A DNA stretch of 64,000 nt from Lingula anatina (taxonomy: Eukaryota > Animalia > Brachiopoda). A program made the translations under genes and the position numbers. This document shows, piece after piece, positions 1 through 12,300 of the stretch (position 1 is the first letter of the stretch; every line of letters starts with the position of its first letter). The notes under the pieces are model-generated. The model saw only the letters and a program-made list of their open reading frames with translations. It searched no databases and was not told the origin of the DNA. Location of the stretch: positions 5,456,001 through 5,520,000 of the forward strand of contig CM120642.1 of assembly GCA_051362555.1 (NCBI GenBank). Direction: 5' to 3'.

Positions 1-397
1 GAATTCAGTGCTCTACCTGTCATATGGTAGCTTAATTTTTTTTAATGCATTATGTTTGAAAAAAAAAATTATTTTATCTTTTTACAGATACTAAGTAATT
101 ATTGGGCTAAAAATAATAAGCAAGAACAGTATTGTTTCACTGCCAATTAATAATTAAGATCATGATGGTTCTTTTTCCATAACTGCCAAGATTGGGAGGT
201 GTGTGAATCAAATAGTCCAGCTGGTCTCTTTTTAACTGTCAAATTGTGAAAGAACCTTTACTAGTATAATTAATGTATTTTGCTTATAAATCTGTTTCAA
301 ATTGTTTCAAATTTGTGAAAAAAAACCTACTTGTACTTCAAGAAATGAAGGAAAGAAATAAATCAATTTACTTCTGATTTATTTCATATTTATTTAG

Positions 398-969
398 CTT
401 GTGAACCAGGGTGGTTTGAATGGCGTGGACAATGTTACAAATTCTCTGATACCCAGTCGAGTTTTGAAAACGCCTCCTCCCAGTGTCAGTCAGATGGGGG
501 TAACCTCGCCAGCATTAACTCTGCAGAAGAGATGAGTTTCATCAAGGAGAAAGCCAGGTGAGTTTTTTTTTTCTTTTTTTTTGAAACTCCACAAAATGTG
601 TTTGTAACTGATTACCAAACAAGGTGGTCATGCCATTGTACTCTTAAATCTTTTGGATTACCACTTTGAATAATGGACAATTAATCTTGGTAACATTGAA
701 AAATCTCATCTTGGGTTTGGCATGATTAAAAACTGCCTTAAGTGGCCAAGTATAAGTCAACTTAGATATTGAATTTATCATTGATTTTGCTAATGAGTCT
801 TGTAGAATTGATGAACTACTCAGGCTGGGGGAGGCGTAAAAGGAAATGTTTTCCCTGTTTTACAGGACATTCTACAAGGATAAATCTTTCTACATTGGAA
901 TGCAGTGGGGAGGTCATGGCCATTCTTGGATAGATGGATCTAGTGTTTTCTACTCCAACTTTGCTCATG
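398..969 (+). CDS. C-type lectin domain, N-terminal part (2 exons)
   Basis: CEPGWFEWRGQCYKF...FENASSQCQSDGGNLASINSAEEMSFI...FYIGMQ...WIDGSSVFYSNFAH; canonical CTLD motifs. Confidence 0.92.
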
Positions 970-3900
970 GTAAGAACAGGTTCTTAAACAAAAGAATAAA
1001 ATGTATAATTTATTCAAACTCATGTATGAGATATAGTGAATGTTATGTATGTAATTTAAACACCTTAGGCTATAGTTTACTAGACTATAAGATATTTAAA
1101 ATGAATGAAAAAAAGGTTTCCCATGACAGCCACATCATGAAAATATTTGGACTGGTTGGGCGAGTTTCACGATGCCTTTTTAGCTTAAGATATAGTCATC
1201 AGAAAGTTTACTTTCTGCACATTTGAAGGAGAGACTTAGTTAAAGAAACTCGTAATAATCAAGATAATTTATTATTAATTGTGTTCCTACTCTTATCTGT
1301 GTCAGGTGAGGGCCGTCTTATGTCCATCACATGTGAGAACAATATGGCGGAACTGGACTGTGGTCAAGGACAAGTTGTCAGGGTCTCCTACGCAAACTTT
1401 GGACGCACCTCTCTCACACACTGCAATGGTACAGTACAGGTAAATGTAACTTAATTATCTTTGATGGAAAAATATGAGATGTGACTAGCTATTATTATTA
1501 AGTACTATTATCATTATCTTAACGTTTATGTATAGTGATTTTATCACAGTTATGTACGTAACACTTTTGCCTATGAGATGTGACTATTTTGATTATTAAT
1601 ATTATTATTATTATTTTGATAGAGATCTGACTGTTTGGACTCCACCTCCCTCAATACAGTGGTTGATACTTGCAATGGAATACAGAAGTGCAGTGTCAAT
1701 GCCAGTGGCGACATCTTCAGTGAAAGTGACACCTGTGGCGGCGCCACAAGATATTTGGAGATTCACTACAACTGCGTGCCAGGTTTGTATTTATTTGTTA
1801 CTCATATTTTTTTTCCAAAATGCTATTAGTATTTGTTAGTTGGATTGATGTGTATCTTACATTGTATTGTGATATTTTGCTAACTCTAGATGTAGTGATA
1901 CAGATTATAACTAAATATTTTTATGTACAGACACAGATGTGTCTGTACATATTGCCATCACCTGCGTCTGTCGTCGCCGTCGCCGTCGCCGGCGCCGTGC
2001 ACTTTCCTTGTAAACACGATAGGTGGAGGGCAGTTTTAATTTTTGGCTTTATATTTACAGAGCTGATGAATATTCATAAAACGCAGGTCAAGTTCGAAAA
2101 TCGGCATGATTGTGCCATTATTGTAGAAGTTATGCTGTCTTTTCACTTTTCAGCATATATGCAACCCTGTAAACACATTTTAAGGAAAACCGTTAGGCCT
2201 GTTGTCATAAAACTCACAAGAGTAATCAATCTTACTAAAACGCAGGTCAAGTTCGAAAATCGGCATGATCGGGCCCCTATTTTAGTAGTTATACTGTTTT
2301 TTCATTTTTCAGCATATATGCAACACTGTAAACACAATATAAGAAAAACAGATGGGCCAATTGTCATTAAACTCACAGGAGTGGTTAATCTTACTAAAAC
2401 GCAGGTTGAGTTCAAAGATCAGCATAATCGGGGCATTATTTTAGAAGTTATGCTGTTTTTTTCACATTTTCTCAGATTCAACTCTTAGGCATGTTAACAG
2501 TCTCATTATTTAACTAATAAGACATGTAAAAGTGTTTGGTTGACATTTCCTGCATCTTTACAACATTATTAGTTGAGTATGTAAAAATGATGGTAAACTT
2601 GTCATCGTGTATTGTGTAATAAAGTTTCAAAAATGGAAATAAACTCATATCATTGCAGTTTGTCAGATTCAATCATTCACTATGTTCAGAATCTCAGAAT
2701 GGAGGAAATTGGACATTTAACACTATTCTATTGATATTTTTCCCATCTCATCAATTTTCTTAGTTGATCATATAAAAATAGCAGTAAACTGTTTATTTTG
2801 TTTTATGTTAAAAAAGTGTTAAAAATGGAAATAAACCCATGTCAGAACAGTGCTGTCTTGTTTCACATTTCCTCAGATTCAATTCTTAGGCATGTAAACA
2901 AAAAAAACCTATTTTGGGCACTGCTCCCATGATGACCATTTAAGAAAAACCATATCACTTACTGTTCTCAAACTTATAGGAAAGAAACATGGGACTAAAA
3001 TACAGCTTCAGTAGGCAATGCAGTCTGTTTGGTAATTCTTACTGCCAGTTAAACAGTTTTTTGTGAATATTTAATTTTTCACATATTGGCATTTTCAAGG
3101 TGTGACTTTGAAGTTCCACGGGCTTGAAGACCCATGCTAGTCACATTTTCTGAAAATCAATGATACGTATATTTTATTATTAAAAATTGACAGTCATTAT
3201 GCTGTTAACCATTATGTAATATGGCATCAGAATAGAAGAAAACACAATTTTGGGTGCTGCTGCCATGATGACCATTATGGGAAAACCATGTTACTTATGA
3301 TTTGCCAAACTTTCAAAAAAGAAATACAGGACTAAAATGCAGCCTGAGTTGGAAAAGCAGTCTAATTGGTTCCTTTTCTGGAAGTTATACATTTTCAAAG
3401 TGTGAACTTGTTACACATTTTACTTACATTGGTATTACCTGTTGACCATAATTAAAATTTGATGTTGAATTTGCAGTTTAACATAATGTACTTTGCATCA
3501 GAATTGACCGTAGCCTATTTTGTGCATAGTTATTTCCTGTTTTTTGTCTGTACATTTGACAGCTTTGCTGCCTTGTTTCTTATAACAGTTATAGAAAGGG
3601 TCAATACAGTTTTATGCAACTTCATTAGTATATTACATACATGCAGCAAAAGCTTTTTCATGTTGAAATTTTCTGTTAATTTTTGATTTATTTCCAGCGT
3701 CTGTATATAGTTCATACATCGTCTCCCCCACTGGATGTCAGTGTTACTTTAACCACAGCAGATACGACTGTGCGTGCTGTGCAGCAGGCTCATGCCAGTG
3801 CGGGCCAAGCATGCCGCATAAGTGTGTAACATGTGGAGGCAGCTGTTCTAATACTCTGCATGATCACGGTTAGTTTACTTTGTCTTTATCATGTATTTTT

Positions 3901-6656
3901 TATGAGTTCCCATCAGCAGTACAAATGTACTCTTTCACAAGCATGTATGTGCATGACATACATTTGGACGGGGTGGGGTGGGGGAGGGATTGGATTGTGG
4001 TGGGAGGAATGGGGTTTAAGAACCTCCCTTTTAAGAGAAAAAGGACAAAATTTTTGTCTTGGTTCTGTGCCATTTATATTAAGTTGGGTCAACTGATAGG
4101 ATAAAAAGGCCTGCTTTTTCAGAAAAAGTACCTCTCACCGTTTAAATTGCACGCTACATGCCCAAAAGTGTTTTAAGCACCAGAATATGAAACATTTGAA
4201 GTAAATTGAAATTACGAGATAAGGCATGTACTTCTTGAACAATTTAAAATCATTTCACAATATCATTGTTTCACAGGCGAGTCAACGTGTGTGGTGATGT
4301 CAGCAGCTGGAGACTACAACTGGTATGATGATTCTTGTCAGCGCACTGATCTCTTCCATGTCTGCAAACAAGGTAAAGATGATGTAAAAATGGATAACAT
4401 TCAGTATCTCTTTAATGGGCCAATCTGTTATGTAAGTTTCCTAATTTACATGATGTTTATACAGTATTCTATAGAACAAAAGATTTACAAAAATTGGGTG
4501 GACAAACGAGTTATTGATTCTGTTAGAAGGCTGTTTTATAATTTCACACACCAATACCCAATACTGCATATCTTCTAGTTTGCAACATCTAAAAAAGTGC
4601 ATGGGTGTGAAAATAGCTTCAATCAATTTATCTTTCTCTTTTTCTGCAGCACTAATCACAATATTCTCGTAACTTGTTTTCAATGTGAACAATTCTTTGT
4701 TATTTCAGCACGGGAGGTTATAGCCCCACTGCAGTGCACTAATGTGATAGCGTCAGGCAGTAACACTGCTACTTGCCCAGAAGGTACGCGTGTAATGTCA
4801 CTGCAGATAATACTGCAACACTTATGCATGAGATGGTATTTATTTAATAGACCCATCAAACCAAAGTTGTCTAATATTATACAAAGTATTAAAAGAATAC
4901 TGTACGAGCATCAGTTGCTCCCTCTGCATGCAATTTTTTTTTGTGGGTAAATTATTACTTTTCTTAAAAAATGTGTTTTGTATATGATATACCTTTATAT
5001 AATAACAATGTACAGCATTTTTCCACTGATTGGATTAATCTGTGAAGTTAACCTGGGATATCCATTTAGATTGTTGGATCAGTCAGGGTCTGTTGGTGAG
5101 ATTTATTTTAATAATGTTTTGAAGTATGGATCATAATAAATAAAATTTGTATCAACTCAGATATCTTAAAGAGTTTGTGTATTTTCTTTTCAGATGCTCC
5201 CAATGCTGTAGCCTGTCACTGCAGCTGCAGCAATTTTATTATCAAAAACTATGGCCGTGAATGCGACTGTAGCCTGTGTGGCACCCAGACAGAGACGTTG
5301 GCGCGGTGTTGTGCAAACACGCCGCCTGCTGGCTATGATCCAGGTAAAGTGCAATTATGGTTATTTTACCCAAAATATAATAATGTGTATTTAGTTATTT
5401 TTTCTGTGAAGTCATGTAATAATGTAGTAATGCTATTTAATAGATATATTGATAACAATTTTTTTTATGTTTTGAGTAACATTAGAGGACATATCTAGAC
5501 ACCCTGTGTTTTGGAGTCTGTAAATGATAAGATTTTTTGCTCAGCAGATGATGGTACAAAGCCAGACTCTGACACTGAGGGTGCTACATATCTGGATGGT
5601 AGATATTCTGTGAAATGAGAGAAGAAAGACTTCTTGAACAAAAAGCATCGTAGCAAAATTTAATCCACGAGTGGACTTAGTAGATAAAATATTACGGACC
5701 TTTTAATATGAAATTCTGCTTTGTTCCAGGCCCAGACTATAGAACATTTATGCAGTGTAAAGATCTACCAGATGGCGACCCATATACTGGAGTCACATGT
5801 CCTGCTGGTAAACTTCATTGACACATTTGTCTCTTAAATGTCTTACGGAAAGCATATATATATCTATGCAGGGCTTTTGAACTTTATACATAGGCCAAAA
5901 GTATTGTTGTAGAGCAGAAAAAAGCTGTTCAGTGCATTACAACATTGATAATATCTGCATGCTGTCAGTTCAGATCACTCCAATTATCTGGGTTGTGGAA
6001 GATGCAGATTAAAAAACCAACCAATGGAAAGTTTTTGAAAAAACTTTTTCCTAAAATTTTTGTACTTTTTGGAATGTGTATATTATTTATTTGTTATGTG
6101 TGGTTAAATACTCATCTTTTGCAACATCCAACATTCTCAAAGTACTGGTATACTTGACAAGTGGTATTAGAAAAACATTTTCCCTTTCTGCTTTTTCCTT
6201 CAGATGAGTATCCTACCATGACTCAATGTGCCTGTGGTTATTGTGGGCCATGGTGGATGAGTGGCAATAACACGTGTTCGTGCGATACGTCTGTCACCAG
6301 CGACTGGGTCACTGGCCAGTGCTGCCGTTTCTTGTTCTCACCACGCACTGGAGGTAGGTGGATTTAGATATGCAATTTAAATTGTAGATTTTGGAGTTGA
6401 ATTTTCTTCACTGCAAAGTTTCAAACTTCTGCAGTATGTTGAATTATTGTATTATTATTACTGAAATAGCTTGTTTTTTAGTGAAATTTTTTTTTTTGCA
6501 TATATTTTGAGATTTCGATCAACTTTCCTATTTTTTGCACCAAAGTCATGCCTTGTATATGCTTTGCAGATCAACATGTTGCTAAATGGGATTAATTAAC
6601 CTTGCAACAATTTGTGAAATATGCCGTGTCACAGTAACTTTGGTGTTTTAGAAGTA

Positions 6657-6746
<90 letters not shown>

Positions 6747-9302
6747 CGAGAGAGAGCATCAATTTATTAATGACAGTTGCCCTTATATTGTCTGTCACAG
6801 TAAATGACAAAAATCTGAATATTCTCACCTGTCTATCCAGGTAATATAGCAGATAAGTACATCCGCTGGCAAGGCGCCTACACAAGTGGCCATGATGACT
6901 GGAGCAAAGGAAGCACCACCCTAACAGAATGCTTACAACACTGTGAAAACCAGGTGAGTGTGGAAAGTAAAGTTCTCAGAAATACTTTCTTTGGTCTGGC
7001 ATTTTTTTTTAAATTGGACATGTGCATTTGATATGAGAGTTTTTTCCTAAAAAAGTCTTCCTAAAACTAGTGTTGCTTTGGTAACTTAAAATATCTATTT
7101 ACAATTAATGTATGCTCAGAGCTGAATTTAAATAGATCCATCTCTGTGCAACACATTCAGTATCCATCACTGTCTCATACAAAACAAAATATTATTATTT
7201 ATTATTTTCTCCATCTCTCATTTTCCCAGGTGGGTTGCCGTTCCCTGAATTGGAATCCCTCCACTGGGGCATGTATTTTGAGTAAAGAAAACCATCGTAC
7301 TGCCCCCTCTTCTATACAGACCCAGGGTTCCTATGACCTCTATGAGAGATACAACGCTGCCCTAGAAGGTAGTTATACTAGCTTCTTAGTATATTTTTTC
7401 ATTGCTTTTCAATAATATGAAATATGTCAAGTTGGTATTTTAGATTTTTCATTCAGATGACTTATGATTTTAAGCATAAACATTCAAAATGAAAAACTAG
7501 TCAAACAAATATTCTTAGTTAGATTAAAGTCTTGCATAAATTAATTGCATTCAGATGTTATTTGTAACATGGAAAAGCTTTGTTGAATTAGCCATGTTTT
7601 AGTTGGGAAACTGGTCCTTATGAGAACAGATGTGCTTGATTAAGATTGGGATTAACATCTTGTAATTATTTGATTTCATTGATTATTGTTTCACAATTAT
7701 GTTTGAAAAAACCCTGGCCACATTTACTCATGAGCTTCACATATTTGCTTATAATTTTAAATGTACAAGAGGGTCCATTAAACACCACAAAAGCTCTTTA
7801 ATATCAGCATGTGTTTTCTACACAGTCTTCAGTTGTCTCTTGTCTTTTCTATTTCAACTAGATCACCCTAGTCTCGTGCGTAATTACTTCCATCACATAG
7901 AAGGTTATGCTGTAGCTGGCTACAATGTTTTGTCTTCTGCCATGGCAGTGACGGTGGACACCTGCCTGCTTCTCTGTCTGGAAAACCCAGAGTGAGTGCA
8001 AGTAGATATTTTCAAGAAGATGGAATGAGAATGCAATTGAATTTCTGACTTTAAGTGTTAAAGTCTGGAAAATTCAAAACCAGTTATGAATACCAGATTA
8101 ATGTTATTACATCCAAATCTTCCTACAGTGTAAAGTCTGTGTTTTTGTGTAAGTAGATGGCACAACTCTTTCAGGAGTAAGATTTTTTGGGATCAAAAAA
8201 ATATTACTGGCCTGGGTGGCCCCCTGGATCCCATGTTTACTGACTTTTTCACTTAATGGTTGTCTCATCCCTGCTTTTTACTTGAGCTTTTTTGAGGTCC
8301 TAGGAAATATTACTACATATGTGTTTTCTTGACATTTTCAGCTGCAAGTCTGTGGACTATGACTATGTGTCTAGTGCTGGATGTTGGCTTAACTCAGAAA
8401 CCAGAATTTCAATGCCGTCAAGTTTTAATATGTATTACAATTATGACTACTATGAATTTATTGACAATGGAGGTGAGTATATGCCAATCAGTTAGCTTTT
8501 TTTCAGCAACCCCAAATTATTAGTTATAGGATACCTGTTAATGTCTCAAGCTGTTGAGAAAAGGAAAAGATGTTTTCTAATAGCCTTTAGTTCACAATTC
8601 CAAGGATTTCTATTTACCAATGTTTCAGAGATAGTATTCACTTACTTTGGAACAAAAATAGTACCAAAGCTCCTATGTTTTTTTCTTGTTACAAGAGAAA
8701 AAAATGTACCTGTGTCACTAATACTTGTATTAGGAACAAAAATAGCATAAGTGAAACAGCAATGGTTTGCTCTTCTGAATGATTTTTGATTGGCAAGAAG
8801 AATAAAAATGCTGTTTGACAATAAGTAGTAGCAGAATTTGCTGTTCTTGGCAGTAAGAATGGTATTGATAATTTGTTGATTGATTGATTGATTGGTTGGG
8901 CAATCTTGATAATTTGTTGATTGATTGATTGGTTAGGCAATCTTTGTATCTTGTTTTAACTTAATGTTTAAACTTAGGTTCTTAAATTGAATTTTTTTCT
9001 TTCAGATCCACAGTTGAGCTGCAATGAAGTTACTGAAACAGGCAATTATGCTTACTGCGGAATGATAGGTAAGGTCATCACTTACGACCAGCTATATATT
9101 ATATTTAATAACTTATTTACATATGATAGGTAGGTCATCACTTACGACCAGCTATATATTATATTTAATAACTTATTTACATATGATAGGTAGGTCATCA
9201 CTTACGACCAGCTATATATTATATGTGATGACTTATTTGCATACATCTAAGTTATAATGGCTTGTGAAATGAAATGATAGGTGAGGTCATCTCTTATGGC
9301 CA

Positions 9303-9390
<88 letters not shown>

Positions 9391-12300
9391 TATATATGTG
9401 TCAACTTACACATATGTAAGTTATAATGGCTTGTGAAGCATACAACTCTTTTGTGCACACTTTGTATACACCTTAGCTACATCCCTACAATGTCTTCTGC
9501 TTCTGTACCAGGGCAGTGACTTGTAAGTATAGGCTAAGGCAGCAACAGCCAACTATATGTCATATATTAGCATGATATTTGCTGACTATGAAAACAATTC
9601 CATTGGGAATGAAAAATAAAAAAGAAGTCGATATATTCTGTAAATTCATCATTCTTTATTGGAAAATGAAAAAAGTGAACTGACCACCCCCTTTTGTCTT
9701 GGAATGTTTAACACCACCTAGTGTTGATTATATGAATTTTAACTTATAAGTTAAACTTTTCATTTTGTGCACAGAATTAAAAGTTAACTTATCAAAATGC
9801 TTTTGGTCACATCAGGTTCTTCAGTTATAGCTTCAATTTTGTGTAGAAAGTGAAATCTTACAACTTACGATCATTATCAATAGTCGACAAAGATGAATGT
9901 ACGTCAGAATACCACTTATAATGTTCATTTTGCAGGTACTTGGATGGAGCATTTCAATATGATAGAGTATGGAGCCCTGGCAGGATACAACAATGTTTTA
10001 AATTATGGGACAGCAATTAATGACTGTTTACAACTTTGTCATGATAACAGTAATTGCAAAACCATTGATCAAAGAAATATTGACTCAGGAAGTGAGTATG
10101 ACGCATTTTATTATTATTTATTTATTTATATGTTTATTTGTATTTATTACAACCAAAAGAATGAAGTGTAACATTCATAGTGTAAATACAAAAGGGTATT
10201 AAAAGTACAAAAATCACATTGCCGAATGCTTACTGTTTGTTTCAGTATTGATCAATATTCTGTAGACAAATAGAAGAAACATTGAAGTTCATTAAATAAA
10301 ACATTAAATAGTCTTCCTGTAATAAACAATTTCTCAATTGTTGGATTAATTAGCTGTTATAGTATATAATATGATTTCTTTCACTCAGCTCATGTTTCAT
10401 TTGTTGGTTTTCTTTACAGGTTCTGATTATGTGTGTGACCTTAGTTATGACACCAGATTTACAGTGGGATCCACCTCTGATTTCATGACTGGAACCTGGC
10501 CATCATATAATAACTTTGTTTTCAAAGGATTTAGAGGCAAGTACAGTCATCTGGTAGAGGTAATGTGTTTTTAATCAAATTATATATACTTTTCTAAGAT
10601 TGTTATAATGATTCGAGGCTTAATAATTTTGGATGTTAAGACATGCTTGTTTACTGTATTGGAAGATAACTGCAAAAGATAACTGTTGGAAGAAAGTAAA
10701 TAAGTACATTGGTCCAACTTGACAATGAAACAGAAGAGTAAATTACATAAGTCTGCATAAATAATAATCCTATAGAAAGAAGTACCACTTAACTTTAGCT
10801 AATTGTAAGTTAGTATTGATTATTTTGAATCATTTATTTATTTTCCTTTTTTTTTCAAAATGAAATTTTCATTTAAGCAATTTTTTTTCTTTTTCATACC
10901 ACAGGGGATTATTTGAAAGACTCTTTCCAGCACATCCCTGGACATTACGTAATGTGGTCAACGTTATCCACCCTGACTAAGACAGTAGCTGAGTGCATGG
11001 CTCTGTGTTATAACAATGCATATTGTAGAGGCTTTGATTACCGTAGCAGTGACAGCACCTGCACCTTGAAAAACCAAAACCGTTTCAGTCAACCAGCTAA
11101 GTTTTTCGTGGCAGATGCAAATTGGGATCATTATGAATTTATTGGATCAAGAGGTATGAAAATTGTTTTGAAAATGAGTAATAATTTTTGGCCAAAAAAT
11201 GGAATTTTAAAGTGAAAAAAATTATTTGTAGAATAGAAAGATTTGATAGCAGTTAGGTATGTCATTCAAATAAGTTGTAATTTTTTTCATTTGGGTCAAA
11301 TTATGAATTTGTGCAAGGGTAAAATTCAAAATAGTTTTCATTGAGATGTTGGTTAATATTTTATCAATTTTTTCTTAATTCCAGCATCTATAACTTCTTG
11401 CTCGTGCAGCCATGGTTGTAGGTCTCTACATTTTCAAAATGAAGTTCAGGATAACACAGGCAATCGTTGTTATTGTCATGGTAACGAGAGGGCTACCTCC
11501 CGCTGTTGTACTGCACAACACAAACGAAGACCACGTGAGTACTAAAAAATTTGTTAGTTATACTTCAAATGCCAGAAATTTTGAGAACTAAATTAAAGCA
11601 TATCTGAAATTTATTGTTATTTGTATCTGAAAATAATAATTTTAAGTAAGTATAAAATTAGGAAATGTGAGGCATTTGACAGTTTGAATGGTTAATTACC
11701 ATAAACCCAATGAGACAACATTATCCAACTATCATGCTTCCTGCTAAATCCCACCCACCCACCCACCCTTTTTCAGCTTGCCCCCCAGGCACATATTCCC
11801 CAACAGGTTACTATGGCAAAGTCCGGTGCACCCCCTGTCCCCTGGGGACCTACTCCAGTGACCGCGGAAGTACCGAGTGCAAGGTCTGCCCGACTGGTCA
11901 CATCTCCAACCAGACTGGACAGATGACCTGTGTCCTGTGTCCTTACAGTAAGTGGACAGTTTTCAAGATAAGAAGTTCTTGGGTGCATATATAATGTAGT
12001 GGTCTGTTTGTATGTACAAGTTGACACCAGTTAATTATAAACTTTTAAAGATATGAATATTGTTCAATACAGTGTGAAAGTTGTGAATTTGATGTGGAAA
12101 GTGGCACACTGTAGTTCCTTAGTCTGTTGAGAAAAAAAATTCACTTTATAAGTTTGTTTTTAATTGCATTTATCTTAATAATATATTGTGTAAGTTTTAT
12201 GTTGGACTTGGGAATAAGTTGACTTCCAAACAAATCTCCTGGAATTGAACCTGTTGTCAACTCAGTTACATGTACCTATTAAATGTTTACAAAAGTTGTG

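Noticed and set aside
1-94. Possible upstream exon end at 26 and microexon at 88-94
   Set aside because: Splice-like signals exist, but the phases cannot be linked to exon 398 with confidence.
1820-2488. 222-aa ORF with repeated TQVKFENRHD
   Set aside because: It is a translation of the tandem core of HINE family A inside an intron.
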